A stretch of 64,000 nt of DNA. Origin: Eledone cirrhosa. Lineage: Eukaryota. The DNA lies in contig OZ024740.1 of the NCBI GenBank assembly GCA_964016885.1, positions 143,840,001 through 143,904,000 on the forward strand, given 5' to 3'. This document shows, piece after piece, positions 36,801-50,604 of this stretch (position 1 is the stretch's first letter; each line of letters begins with the position of its first letter). Both the position numbers and the translations under genes were made by a program. The notes beneath the pieces are model-generated. The model was not told the origin of the DNA and made no database searches. It was given only the letters and a program-made list of their open reading frames with translations.

Positions 36801-39312
36801 AGATATCACTAAAGCCTCAGCCAGTTGACCGTACCTTAAACTCTTAATTAATAATTCCTCTTGGCATGTCATTTAAACCTTTATAACCTTTTTATTGATA
36901 ACATTAACTATCTATAACGGCGGCGAAGATTCAAAACCGAATCTGAGCTTTCCCTCCTCTGGGACAAGCCGTGGTTAGTTGTTTACGCCCGGCAGACCAA
37001 CTCCTTGGGAGATGCTAAACACAGGTCAGAGGTTATTTACACCTGGCAGAAAATAGGTCAGATGATATATCCATCCTTCTGAGTTGTTTACGCCTGGCAG
37101 ACCAACCCCTTGGGAGATGCTAACCAAAGGTCAGAGGATATATCTATCCTTCTAACTTCAACCCTTATAAATACAGGGGTTGTTTACGCCCCGAGAGAAA
37201 AAGTGATATACAGACAAAACAAGTCGCATTTACAAGCTCTCGTCACGAAAAACCAGTCTGCATACTATTTTCTCACACACCTTATACTCCTGGCTGAGTG
37301 ATTACTACTACTGCTAAAACAAGAAAGTATACTAATACTCATACACAGTAAGTTCATAGTGCTTACATTTTTATATGTACCATTTCTGTCACATTGTATC
37401 TTTCAGATACAATACAAATTATCTTATTATCGTATTCTGTAATACTTGTATTTACATGGCTCAAAGAGCCACCAAATTATTGTACGAATATTTCATGTTA
37501 TAGATTTTATCATTCAATATTCAAATTGAATATTGTTATAATAAAATAAACTTTGTAACAAACACCATCCTGCTATTATTCTTTGCATTGAAACCTTTCA
37601 TCCTTACGAGGTCGATAAAATAAAGTATCAGTAATGCACTGAGTAATTGCTGGCCTTGTGCCAAAAGTAGAAACAATTATTCTTTGCATTGAAATCATCA
37701 TACCAACAATTCCATCTATTCACTTATCCGTTACAACCGAAATATTCATTACATATCCTCTCAAGAGACATTCTTCTAACCTTTGTAATCTGTAAATCAA
37801 TTATATATAAACAATTATAAAGTTGTAAGATGCTATTTTCCACAACATTGCTTTTAACATCTTCAATGGTGACTTCTGTGATACAATACACAAATACACA
37901 CATTCTCAATACAAACAACTTCTTCTAAACATAAATTGGTACTAGGGCAAAGGTGATGTCCTAGAAAGGAGCAACTGTAGAGGAATAAAACTAATGGATC
38001 AAGTTATGAAAGTGGCAGAAAGTGTTATAGTGCAGTTAATTAGGCTAAGAGTCAAATTAGATGAGATACAATTTGGTTTTAAGCCTGGTAAAAGTACTAC
38101 AGATGCCCTCTTTTGAGAGAGGCAACTACAAAAGAAGTTCTTAGCCAGGAATAAGCCACTATATTTAGCTTTTGTTGATCTAGAAATGGCCTTTCACAGG
38201 ATACCTCGATCTATTATCTGGTGGTCCTTAAGGACATTAGGTGTAAAAGAATACCTTATGAGATCAGTGCAAGCCATGTCCAGTGAAGCTGTCAGTAAAC
38301 TGAGAGTAGGAAGTGAGTTTAGTGAAGAATTCAAGGTACAAGTATTTGTTCATCAAGGTTCAGTTCTTAGTCCACTGCTGTTCATAACAGTTCTCTAGAC
38401 CATAACAAAGGAGTTTAAAACTGGCTGTCCATGGAAACTTCTCTATGCATGCAGATGATTTGGTCCTTATAGCCATATCCATAAAAGAACTTTAAAATAA
38501 GTTCTGTCTATGGAAACGGAATTTGCAATCAAAAGGTCTGAGAGTAAACTTAACCCAAACTAAAGTGCTAGAGAATAGGAAAGAAGATAGGGCCCTGTTC
38601 CCTCTAGGGAAAGTGGCCCTGCTCAATACGTAGAAAAGGACTAGGCATAAACTCCATATGGTTGGCACAATGTAAATCTTGGGTACACAAGAAATGTAGA
38701 GGGATAACGAGTAGACTAACAGGAAAGAAGACTTTGTATGTAGAAGATGCACAGGAGTAATCTAGGGGAAGAACATCAGTGATATAAACTTCTTCACGTC
38801 ACAGGAAGGGTCCATTGAAGTGGTTGATAGCTTCTGCTATCTAGGTGACTTAATTAGCAGTGAAGGAGGGTGCTCTGAGAGCATAATAGCTAGAATAAGG
38901 TTAGGATGGAAGAAATTTAGAGAGCTACTCTCACTGTTGAGAACAAAAGGTTTTTCCCTTTATACAAAAGGATGGCTGTATGACACCTGTGTGCGAGGTA
39001 GAAACTGGGTTTAAGAGGAATCTGAGGTGGTGTGCAAGAGAGAAGACAGCATTGGTATGGACATGTCATGTACATGGTTGATGATCATTGGGTGAAGAAG
39101 TGCCAGGAAATACCAGTGGAAGGAAGCCACAGTAGAGGTAGACCAAGAAAGACCTGGACAGCAGTGGTAAGAGCTAACCTCAAATCCCTGAAACTCACTG
39201 AGGAGGTGATGAAGAAACATGACAAGTGGAGAGATGCTGTGCTGAGAAGGACCTGTCCAACCCATGCAAGCATGAAAGAACAGATGTAAAAACGATGATG
39301 ATGATAATGATG
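33890..39312 (+). mobile_element. Near full-length decayed RTE LINE interrupted by a SINE (about 34618-34730) and a solo LTR
   Basis: 5' UTR, APE endonuclease from about 35115 (LNVGTLK..QEVRWRG), linker, RT resuming at 37930 (HQGSVLSPLLF), (GAT)n tail at about 39300. Confidence 0.85.
36584..37929 (+). mobile_element. Solo LTR (about 1.35 kb including a nested SINE piece)
   Basis: Begins TGTAG and ends CTAAA (CTACA with one change); 4-bp TSD CATA at 36580-36583 and 37930-37933; TATAAATA at about 37165; AATAAA at about 37540; nested SINE with TSD attattctttgcattgaaa. Confidence 0.75.
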
Positions 39313-39484
39313 ATATATATATGTGAGTGTGTAGGGAGGAAGGATTAAGAAGAAAAAGGTAGGCAGATAATCCACACACTCAATCACACACCATAACAAT
39401 AGAGTTAAACAAATATATTGATTGGGTGGTCACAGCTGGAATGCCTTTGTGATATTTTCTTGCTTTCAATTATATCTTCACTGT

Positions 39485-41140
39485 CAAGACCTAGAATCAA
39501 AAGGTCTTAAAGTTAACTTGTCAAAGACCAAAGTTCTAGTATGTAAAAAGAAAAACAGGGCACAGATTCCCTCAGGGAAATGGCTTTGCTCAGTGTGCAG
39601 AAAAGGAGTAGGTACACAAGAGATGTAGTGGGATCTCAGGCAGGCTAGCAAAGAATGTAGGTTTTACATGTGGCCGATGCACAGGTGCAATAAGTGGCAA
39701 GAGCCCATAGGATACAAGCTCCTTCAAATGCCCTTAGTGTTCTGTAGAAATAGTTGATAGTTTCTCTTACCTGGGTGACCAAATTAGCAGTGGAGGAGGG
39801 TGTTTCGAAAGCACAGTACCCAGAATGAGAATGGACTGGAGAAAGTTCAGGGATTTACTACCACTGCTAACTATAAAATGTTTTTCCCTCAAAATGAAGG
39901 GCAGATTGTATGATGCATTTTTAGCGGAGTTGGTCCCAGGGCTACTTACTCCAGTAAGTACCACCGGATTCTAACTGCTAATTTTAATAGAAAGAAGATA
40001 TAGAAGAACTTTCATACAATTTCTTTTTTGTGAGAATTATCTCTCTCTACATTCGAAGTAATAACTGAGGCATGAAGAGTTTCTCAAAACGAGTATCAAA
40101 ATAACTTGCATTTATTGTAGTCCGTGTATTACAAATGTGGTAACAATCGTACCTCGTGGCATGACAAGGTGTAATACTGAATTATAAGATATGGTTAGAA
40201 AAAGCTTAACATATTTGCGCTCGATGTGGTCAGTTTGAGAGCTTGCCGCCAAAGAGGAAGATGGCTTTTTGCTCTATCTTTTATAATCCCTGGAACGGAA
40301 GTTTATATTCTAGAAATTCAACAGGAAGTAACTCTAGCTACTTCCTTTGTCTAGAGAGCGCTACACATTTATACAAACAACAATGTTGCATGGTAGTGAG
40401 ACCTGGGCACATGGTAGTGAGACCTGCAAAAAGTGAAAAAAACGAAGTTTCCATGCTTCAATGGATGTGTAATAGTAATATACATAAATGGCAAAGCATA
40501 AACAAACTGGGAGTGATCATAAGAAGGATCAGATACAGTGTGCAGAAGAGAAGATTGCGTTGGTATAGAGATGTGATGCATATGAAGGATGACAGCTTTA
40601 TAAAAAAGGTGCAGAGCACTCAAAGTTGATGGAAGCTATGGAGTAGAAAGACCTAGGAAGACTTGGGATGAGGTGATAAAACCCCCCAAAGGCGATGACT
40701 CAGGACCGTAATCTCTGCCATTATGTAGTAATACAGAAGACCTGCCTTCCCGTGTGCAGGGGCTGAGGCATACATATAGTATGTGCAACCTACCCCTCCA
40801 ACACCCTCCCATATGCCTCTCACGCCCTAACATCTCAACCCTCACCCATGCTCCTTGATCTACCTCCCAATCCCCATGTGCCTCCCCCACCTAAGTCCCC
40901 AGTCCATACTGTAACGTGGTTGTGTATATGTTACAAAAAAAGCATCCAGCCCACACTGTAAAGTAGTCATGTTGGTGACAACAAAAAGCACCCAGCACAC
41001 ACTGTAAATGTGTTGATGTTAGGAAGGGCTTCCTGCCATAAAAACCAAGCCAAAATTAGTTCTGTATGAGCAAAACACAGTCATCCGACCTGGCTTGTCT
41101 CACAATGAGACAGCTCATCTAACCCATGCTAGTGTGAAAA
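39485..41140 (+). mobile_element. RTE LINE 3' part interrupted by a solo LTR
   Basis: LESKGLKVNLSKTKVL..GKWLCSVC; RRLRWYRDVMHM; RTE-type 3' UTR. Confidence 0.85.
39920..40365 (-). mobile_element. Solo LTR, 446 bp
   Basis: Ends T(T)TAGCG...CGCTACA; TSD CATT at 39916-39919 and 40366-40369; the RTE sequence rejoins across it; TATA- and AATAAA-like motifs on the minus strand. Confidence 0.75.
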
Positions 41141-41545
41141 ATAATTGTTCATTTTTTCTATATCAAAACAGTTTACAAATTAACTGTCAGTTTAGTTTCA
41201 AAGGAAAAAAAATTCTGTTTCATTTTGCTCAGTACTTTCAATCACTGTGAGCACAGCATGACCGAATAGTTAAGTGGTTCACTTAACAATCATTAGGTCC
41301 CAGGTTTGAAGCCACTGTGTGGTATCTTCAGCAAGTGTTATTTATCATAACCTTGGGCTGTTTCATGCCCTGTGAGTCAAATTGGGTAGATGGAAATTAT
41401 TTGGAAGCCTGTCTGGTGGACTGTATCTGCAATTCAGTTTAAACAGAAAAAGATGAGATAATTCTGGCCGGATACGGCCGGTTTAAATGCTAAAGGGTTA
41501 ATATGCCAATATAACAATGCAGCTGTTGTATTATCTGTTGTCAGA

Positions 41546-41740
41546 AATAATTGTTTCTACTTTTTGGCACAAGGCCAACAATTACCCAGTGCATTACTGG
41601 TACTTTATTTTATCGACCCCGTAAGGACGAAAGGCAAAGTTAACCTCGGCGGGATTTGAACTCAGAATGGCAAGGGCCGTAACTCTATGAGTCAAAGCAT
41701 GGCGTCCGACCCTCTACCGATACTGCCAATCCACCGCCAA
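41546..41740 (-). mobile_element. tRNA-derived SINE
   Basis: Reverse complement of the 45803 and 49503 family; A box tggcagtatcgg, B box gttcaaatcc. Confidence 0.88.
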
Positions 41741-42182
41741 GCTGGCTATATAAGATTTAGATTAAAAAATCTTTGTTGTTATTGCAACTAAGTATTTACA
41801 AATTAGATGTTTCTATATTTTGTTAACAATATCCTTTAAGTTCAGTTCAGTATAATGAACATTTTGATTTTATATCTCATAATGCTTGGCCACTCTGTGC
41901 CTTATATTAAAATGTATATTAACAGTCAATGAAAACAAAATGTTTGGGGGAATGGCATTAATACTATGTGTTTTAACAGTCATGATCTAAAAATATATTA
42001 CATAAGTATATGCAGTGACCTGTGTCGCAATAGCAACATATACTGAGATAAATTTACAAGTACATTGAAAGAAGGAAGAGAGATGAAGAAACACCTCCCT
42101 ACTGCAAAAGAAACAAACACAAATATATGGGGCAGTGCCCCAGCATGGCCTTGGTCAATCGTCTGGGACAGGTAAAAGAGTC

Positions 42183-42231
<49 letters not shown>

Positions 42232-42312
42232 AAGTAAGAAGTAACTATAAGGCTGTACTAAATACATACAAACAGGTATCTAGATTTATACACATACTCA
42301 CACACAAAAATA

Positions 42313-42480
42313 CCGTATTTCCCGGCATCGAAGATGCTACTTTTTCCCTAAAATAAGTCTCAAAAATCTACTATGCATCCTGGAGGTTGAAGGTTGCTTT
42401 AATATTTTTTTCAAATTTTTGGTTGTGAAAATTAGGGTGTGTCCTCAAAGATGAAGCGTCTTCGACGCCGGGAAATACAG
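42313..42480. mobile_element. pogo/Tc1-mariner MITE
   Basis: TIRs CCGTATTTCCCGGCATCGAAGATGC and GCGTCTTCGACGCCGGGAAATACAG; TA on both sides. Confidence 0.9.
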
Positions 42481-42707
42481 TACTTTTTTTCGTATATCAA
42501 GTTAAGAAACCACTAGTATTATTACCAATCTTCAGTAATTTTAAGGTAACTAGTTAGTGTGCAGAGTGAGATATATATATAGAGAAGACTTACTGAAGAT
42601 TGATATTCCATGGTCTTTATGATGCTTATTACCAAAGTCGATAATTGGCAACCGATACCAATCATTAAAATCAATTATATGTGTAATCTTCTAGAATTTA
42701 TGAAATG

Positions 42708-45175
42708 GCTGTGTGAGGGAAAATCAAGATATTGTTGATGAGAAATGTGTCCAAACTGACAGTGGCGAACTTGCCCTCACCGACACCGAGAAGAAAGAAA
42801 CACAGAAGTGCCATTATAAGAGACTGTTGAATGAGGAAAATGCATGGGAGGAAGATGACCTGCCTCAAGTAGATCCAACAGAGGGACCAGCTATCAAAGT
42901 TAGCAGCGGTGTAGTAACTAAAGCAATTAAGGATATGAAGACAGGCAAAGCAGCAGGTCCATCAGGGATAGTAGCTGAGATGCTGAAAGCATCTGGTTGA
43001 GTGAGGCATAGTAAATCAAGTAATACAGGATGGTGTCATACTTAATGACTGGTGTAGCAGCATCATTGTCAACTGCTACAAGACCAAAAGAGACACACTA
43101 GACAGAGGAAACTAAAGAGGCATCAAGTTGATGGACCAGGTCATGAAAGTTACCGAAAGAGTTGTTGCACAACAAATTCAGAATAAAATTAACATAGACA
43201 GATGCTGTTTGGATTTATGGTGGGTAAAGGACCCACAGATATCCTCTACCTTGTGAGACAGGTGCAGGAGAAGAACCGAACTAAGAGTGATCCTTTTGAA
43301 AGAGTTCCCCAATCCTTAATCTGGTGGGCTCTTAGGAAACTAGGGATAGAGGAATGGCTTATATAAGCCATGTACAGAAGTTCAGTCAGTAAGGTTAGAG
43401 TCAACAATGAATATAGTGACGAGTTTAGTGTGCAGATAGGGGTCCACCAAGGCTCTGTCCTCAGCTCTCTCCTGGTTATTATTGTCCTTCAGGCCATAAC
43501 ATAAGAGTTTAAGACTGGGTACCCATGGGAACTCTTATGTGATGATGATCCAGTTCTCAAAGCTGAAACTACAGCAGAATTAGAGAAGAAATTTCAGACA
43601 TAGAAGCAAAACCTGGAATCAAAAGACCTCAGTCAACCTAGTGAAAAAGTCTTAGTAAGTAAAAAAAAAAAACAGGGCTCCATTTCCTCAGAGAAAGGCT
43701 TTGCTCAGTATGCTGGAAAGGAAAAGGTCAACATTCCAATACACAAAGTGTAAACTTTGGGTACACAAAAAATGTAGTGCAATCGCAGGCAGGTTAGCAA
43801 AGAATGTAAGCTTTGTATGAGGCCAATGTACAGCAGCTGTAAGCAACATGAGCCCGCAGAAAACAAGTCCTATCAAATGCTCAGATGGCTTCCTAAAAAT
43901 AGTCGACAGTTTCTACTTTCTGGGGGACCAACTTAGCAGTCGGGCTAGGTGATTTGAAGCTACAATAACAAGAGTAAAATGGGCTGGAAAAAATTCAGGG
44001 AACTACTACCACTGCTTGCTACAAAGGATCTCTCCCTCTGAGTGAAAGGCAGATTATATGATGCTTGTATGCAAAAGGCAATGCTACATGATAGTGAGAC
44101 TTGGGTTTTGTGTATAGAGGGCCTACAGAGACTGGAAAGAAATGAGGAAAGCATACTTTGAGGGATGTTCAATTGTAGTATACATGAACAACAAAGTATG
44201 AATAAGCCAAGAGAAAAATTGGGTATAAGAGGCATTGGTTGCAGCATGTGGGAGAGGAGACTGTAGTGGTATGAAGATGTAATGTGTATGAAGGATTACA
44301 CTTCATAAAGAAAGGTAGACCACTTGAAGTCAATGGATCTCTTGAAAGCGGAAGACCTAGGAAAAGGTAGGATGATGTGATGAAGGCTGTTCTCGTGCAA
44401 CTGAATTACACAAAGGATATAGCCCAGGATTGAGAAACACTGGCGATATTCTGCAATACAGAGAACTTGCCTTGCTATGCAAGTGGAATGAAGCAGCACA
44501 AAGAGAATGGCAAATCACATTCCTCTCTCCACCCTAAACCCGAAGAAACAGAGTGATAATACAACACTAAGGTTCCACCCCTGCTTGCCAATAATCTTTT
44601 GAACTCCCTGCCAGTGTTCTTCTGATCCCCTTCTTCACTGTAAACTCAAGGAAGCAGAGAGATGAACCAACTTGCTTCAAGCAGTATATAAACCCCAACT
44701 TCTAGGCCATTAAGAGAAACCAGGCACGCTCCCATCATACTCCATCCATTTCAAGTCTATCACTATGAACCCCTCCTCCAGCAGGGCAATGTATGTACCA
44801 CAGCTCAATGCCCCTGTAATAGTACCCAGTCCATCCTGTAAAAGTGGTAGTGCTGCTGTCCCAATAAAATGCTCCCAGTACATCCTGTAAAGTGGTAGGT
44901 GTTAGGAAGGGCATTTGGCTCTAGAAAAAATGCTCCCAGTACACACTGAAATGTGGTTGGTGTTAGGAAGGTCATCCAGCCATAGAAACCATGCCCCCAG
45001 CACATGTTGTAAAGTGGGGCATTAGGGGTATCCAATTATAAAAACTAAGCCAAAACAAAAGGTATGAGCAGGACCTAGTCACCTGACCAGTCAGGTCTTA
45101 GCATGTGACAGCCATCTAACCTATGCAAGCATGGAAAATAGATGTTTATCAGTGATGATGATGATGGTGATGATA
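42708..45175 (+). mobile_element. 5'-truncated decayed RTE LINE
   Basis: MKTGKAAGPSGIVAEML (42713-43000); RT remnants; long 3' UTR; (GAT)n tail at about 45153-45175. Confidence 0.88.
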
Positions 45176-45650
45176 TCAATTCATTGCTTGCCTTCCTGCT
45201 TTTCTTATACCTTGTATATCTACATATCTATGCATGGTCTTCAATACATTTGTCTAAGAAATATTAACTGCTATATATGTACTCTGACCAATTATTTTGT
45301 CAAGTGATTACCAGACAATATGATCGATATTATTGTGTATTGATCATAATTATTCCACCCTAAACCACTGAACCAATTTCAGGTCCCGACAGTCATCCCT
45401 CAGATAGCCAGATTAACCTACTCAATAGGAAGGAACCAGTCAATGAATCATGTGACATACGCTGCATCTTCAAAGAAATTATTATTCTATCAATGAAATT
45501 ATCAACAGCATATACCATTCTTCCTTTCTCTCTTCCCCCATTCTTTCTATTACTGCTACCCGAACTAATTAAATCCAAGGAATACCATGACACCGCACCG
45601 GAATATAAGTCAACACTTTAAGAATATATATCTACATTCATTAGAGAATC

Positions 45651-45743
45651 CACAAGTCTGATGAGCTATCAATTTCACAGTCAGGTGAGATCAATACTGA
45701 TCACACCTTGAGCTGATCAATTGCGAAACACATGTCACATGTG
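45651..45743 (+). ncRNA. Type I hammerhead ribozyme motif with extended stem II
   Basis: cacaagt-CTGATGA-gc..aggtg.gatca..tgatc.cacct..gc-GAAA-c-acat-g-TC-acatgtg; GUC cleavage triplet at 45734-45736. Confidence 0.8.
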
Positions 45744-45802
45744 AATAAATATAATGATGCTATATTGATACTTCATTCTTCCACCTTATTATTATTATCA
45801 TT

Positions 45803-45987
45803 GGGCGGTGAATTGGCAGTATCGGTAGAGGGTCGGACACCATGATTTCCAGCATAGTTACGTCCCTTTATGGTCTGAGTTCAAATCCCGTTGAGGTTAA
45901 CTTTGCCTTTCATCCTTACGGAGTCGATAAAATAAAGTACCATTAATGTACTGGCTAATTGCTGACCTTGTGCCAAAAGTAGAAACA
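45803..45987 (+). mobile_element. tRNA-derived SINE with TSD
   Basis: A and B boxes; TSD attattatcatt at 45791-45802 and 45988-45999. Confidence 0.9.
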
Positions 45988-46006
45988 ATTATTATCATTA
46001 TATATA

Positions 46007-47366
46007 CTAGTAGAAAAACCACCCTTCAGGTGGTTTTCTGCTGCATGTGTAGTGTGTATATTGATATACGCAAGTATATGTGCATGTAGATATGATACAT
46101 CAAATAAAATCATAATTGACAATATACACAGAAATTGAACGAAGACGTTGTTACACTGTCTTATGTAATCAATAACGTAATCCATGATAATTAAAAAAGA
46201 CGATATTATATATAAACTGCAATAGGAGAAAATTAGTGACGGAAATGTATGAATGCTTATTTAAGTGATCGCTTACCGGAAGTGTTGACATTTGAAAATT
46301 TTAAAGAAGTGAATATTTAAATAAGTAATAAAATATATTTAATCAACTATGTAATATTCATTCATTATTTATTCAAAGTAATCCAACATATTTTACAAAT
46401 GGGATAAAAAAATATAGCACGTCCAGACTGTTGAGAAATTGTGATGTTTTTGGGGGCAAGGATTGCTCTTTCACGCAACCACTCCTCATTGGAATGGTCT
46501 TTTCGAAATTGGGGAACACTTGATTAATTAAGTTTACAATACTTTCCACAACAGTAGAAAATGATGAAGGATCAAAACATCCTTCAGTATCAAAGGATTG
46601 CTTTTTTATAAATTTAAACGGCTAAGAGGTGCTCATCTGTAACTCTGAAGGTTACCCTTACTCTCAGCCTCCATTTTCGGAAAAAGGAGTTGTTGGCGAG
46701 TGAGTCAGATGTCAGATGTCAGATCTGTCGAAAACAAATGGAAAAAACCTAGAAAAGAAAAAAGACTTCCACAGAAGAAATCTCCTAGTCTGGGAAAATT
46801 GGGGGGTCAACCCCTTGTCCCCCCCCTCTCTACTGCGCTGATATATCGGCTGTGTGGGAAGTTGGACACCTTGTCAGATATATTTCCTTTTTGCAGCGCA
46901 AACATGGCACCATCAGAACCATTGTTGATGTATTTTCACATATACTCTATAGGTTCCTTCCTCACACTCCCCATTCCGCTTTTGGGAAAAAGGCAATTGC
47001 AAGCATGATGGAGGTCACATTAGTTGAAAATACGAAAAACTTCCCAGCAGGTGCTTTTCTATATATTTAAAAGGCTGAGAGGTGCTTATCTGTAATTTTA
47101 AGGCTCACCCTACCTCTCTGCTTCTGTTTTTGGAAAAAGGAATCGTTGGGGAGTGAGTGAGAATAACAACAACAATCACCTGTCATTATAGTGAGTCTTG
47201 TTTTTAAAGTTTGTGTTGCATTGTTGGACATACAGAAACACACACATACACAAACATACACACACACACACACATAAGTACACACACATTAAGTTTTAGT
47301 TAGTTAGAAAGAGCGGGAGGTAGATTGAGTGATAGCTGAAGTAGTATTTCACTCTCTCTATATAGA
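46007..47366 (-). mobile_element. Non-autonomous Helitron-like element
   Basis: Minus-strand 3' end is the hairpin aaaaccacc-tgaag-ggtggtttt followed by CTAG|T (46007-46037). Candidate 5' end A|TCTATATAG at 47366 (alternative about 47308); internal (CA)n; no TSD. Confidence 0.6.
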
Positions 47367-47502
47367 TAGCATGATGGACCAACAGACAGTATCTGTGTGC
47401 TAGAAAGAGCAGTAAATCCTCCTCCAATTGAACCTCCCATTCCATTTTCGGAAAATATGTTGACAGTGAGCTCAATGGAGGTCATATTAGTTGAATAGAT
47501 TC

Positions 47503-48650
47503 AGCTATAAGGACCAGATCATCTGTATAGAGAAGTTCCCATGGGCAGCCAGTCTTAAACTCCCCTGTTATAGCCTGGAGGACTATAATGAATAGTAGTG
47601 GGCTAAGAACCAAAGCTTGACGAACTCCTACTTGTACCTTGAATTCCTCACTAAACTCAATTCCTTCTCTCACTTTACTGACAGCTACTCTGTACATGGC
47701 TTACACTGCTCTCACTAATCATTCCTCTACACCTAATTTCCTTAAGGACCACCAGATAATAGATTGGGGTACTCTGTCAAGTGCTTTTGCTAGGTCAATG
47801 AAAGGTAGGTATAGTGGCTTATTTTGGGCCAAGAACTTCTCTTGTAGTTGCCTCACTAAAAAGAGGGCCTCTGTAGTACTTTTCCCAGGTATGAAACCAA
47901 ACATCTCGTTTAATTTGTGCCTGATCCTCACATCTGAGGACATTGTAAAACATTTTTTCTTCAGCCTCTCTCTTGACTTTGGTGGCTCTATCCACTGAGC
48001 TGTTCCACCAGCAGGTCACCCTCTGACTGGTGCTCTACTGTAGCCACAAGTCTCGCCAGTAGTTTGCAAAAGGTTGTCATGTAAGAACTTCCAGTTGTCC
48101 TCTAGATCATAGGTTTCTAGCCCATCATTTCTCTCACCAAATGCATCCCATAGGACCTTTTAAAACTTATATTTAACTGAAAGGTCCTTTAACTTTCCTG
48201 TCTCCATATTTTCTTGCATATAATGGAGGCACATGGCTTAGTGGTTAGAGCATTGGCCTTGCAATCGAAAGGTTGTGAGTTCAATTCTCGGACCGGGAGA
48301 TGTGTTGTTTCCTTGAGCAAGACACTTTATTTCACATTGCTCCAGTTTACTCAGCTGTAGAAATGAGATGATAGGGACTGGGGTCCATATCATTCCACTG
48401 AAAAGTGGTCGTGGAGGTGCCATGGCAAAAAAGCACCCAGCACTCACTGTAAATGAGGTTGGTGTTAGGAAGGGCATCCAGCTGTAGAAATCAAGCCAGA
48501 ATCAGTTCCTGTCCCACCCTTGCAAGCAGGGAAAAGCGGACGTAAAATGATGATGATGATGATGATTTTGTTGTCTTATGCTTATTTAGATGTGACTAAT
48601 AACTAACTTGTGTTGAGCAGTGCATACTTCCTCAGGGAAGGCCTTAGTAT
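47503..48650 (-). mobile_element. Internally deleted RTE LINE fragment
   Basis: FGFIPGKSTTEALF and PWELLYTDDLV; split by a SINE insertion. Confidence 0.85.
48224..48566 (+). mobile_element. Full-length tRNA-head SINE with RTE-derived body and tail
   Basis: A box tggcttagtgg, B box gagttcaattc; the 3' end cccaccct(t)gcaagcagggaaaagcggacgt..(gat)n matches the tail of the RTE at 57930-57995. Confidence 0.92.
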
Positions 48651-49172
48651 TAGGGGTTCTTGCACGGCTACTCTAGCCACTCCACTACTGTATGCAACAC
48701 TAACATGACTAGTGTTAGCCCTGTGTATGTAATTTGTGAGAGTTATGTTTGCCATACTGTTCATGTTTTGAAAGGGTTTTTCTGGTTAAATGCCCTTCCT
48801 ATCACCAACCATCTTACAGTGTGGGATGAGTGCATTATTCGTGCCACCAGCACTAAAGAGTTTGTCATGTCATTCTGAACTCAAGCATCCTCTTCACCCT
48901 GTGTCACTTTTTATTGTCAACGTGACAAATTAGTGAAAAAAGTCATGGCAAAGTTATAATATCAAAATAATAATAGTGTGTGTGTGTGGGGGGGGGGGGG
49001 GGTTAGGGCACGCTAATTGACTGTTAAACATTGAAATAATAATAAATATGAAAATGTATAAATAAAATATATATATATATATCAGTGAATGGAAATGGCT
49101 GTGTGGTTGCTATTTAAGGTAGCTTAAAATGGAATGGGAATAAGAAGAAAGCAAGAACAGTGGGGGGGGGGG

Positions 49173-49229
<57 letters not shown>

Positions 49230-49502
49230 AAAAAATCTTCAACTTCTCTTTTAAACCTGATATGGAACTTAAAATGCAAAAATATGGACTATTCTTTAAC
49301 TTGGGAAATAATTTCGAAAACACCCGCCTACCGAAACACAGCTTTATCTATATTTTGCAAATTGTGTGTTGAGGAAATTTTTCTTCATACTTAAATGTAA
49401 GAACTCTATTAATGTACGGACGAAGTTATTTAGTTCTTGTAGACATCGCCTAAATTCAACGTTTAGAACTATATATGAATTATAATATTTCTTATATATG
49501 AC

Positions 49503-49673
49503 AGTGGATTGGCAGTATCGGTAGAGGTTCGGACGCCATGCTTTGACGCATAGAGTTACAGCCCTTGCCATTCTGAGTTCAAATCCCGCCAAGGTTAACT
49601 TTGCCTTTCATCCTTACGGGGTCGATAAAATAATGTACTGAGTAATTGCTGGCCTTGTGCCAATAGTAGAAAC
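49503..49673 (+). mobile_element. tRNA-derived SINE with 19-bp TSD
   Basis: TSD aatatttcttatatatgac at 49484-49502 and 49674-49692. Confidence 0.92.
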
Positions 49674-50604
49674 AATATTTCTTATATATGACTTATAATA
49701 TTTCTACTTATTTCCATAACAATCTTATCCACTCTGTTTTAATATATTGTTATCTCTAAATCATATCTATAATATTTGCTATAATTTCACTTCTTAAAAT
49801 ATATACATATATGATCATAATTTAAAAATTTTAATTTTAATTTTAATATTTTTTAATTCTTTAAATTTTTCATATATTTTTAAAAATTACTTATTTTTTA
49901 AAAAATTACTTATCTCTTATAAATTATTTTTTTTTAATTTTCCAAAATTTTTAATATTTTTTAACATCTTTTATTAGATTTATAACCACTAACTAATTCA
50001 GGCTAAATATATATTTCAACATTTATCTCTTTAACATTTATACTTATTTTGACAAAATAGTCTCATACTAACGAATAAATAAACAAAACTGGAGTTTTTC
50101 CGTATCTTCCCATTTTAAAATATATAAATATAAATATTCTTATTAACTCAGTTAATTTATTTAAACTTAATATTTACTTACATTAAATATAAACCAATAT
50201 TCCTCATAACTCATTAAAACAATTATCTATAACATGATATACCCATCTATCCATTTATTTATATATTTATCTATTTATTGATTTATTTTTCTATTTATTT
50301 TTCTATCTATTTTTCTATCTACTTATAACAGTAAATATTATATTTGAAAAGAATTTTAACAACTAATTAATCGTAAATACACGTACCATTAGTAGATATA
50401 TACTTAGAATATATTCCCCCAAATTAACGTTACATGAGTTCTATTCATCCTCTTGTTAATTTCTTCTCTCTATCTCTCTCGTAATATTTTTTTTTCTCTC
50501 TCTTTCTCCAGTGTCATTTAAATTTAAAAAAAAAAAAATAAATAAAGACTATCCAGTGAATTTCCAACCGATAAGGTATGTCTCTATTTATAAAACAAAC
50601 TTTG

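Noticed and set aside
42490-42695. Divergent CTGAAGA cores at about 42530 (minus) and 42593 (plus)
   Set aside because: Some stem pairing but no properly placed GAAA; at best decayed, so not called as ribozymes.
48224-48300. tRNA gene
   Set aside because: The A/B-box head continues into a SINE body and (GAT)n tail, with no poly-T terminator; multicopy in the window.
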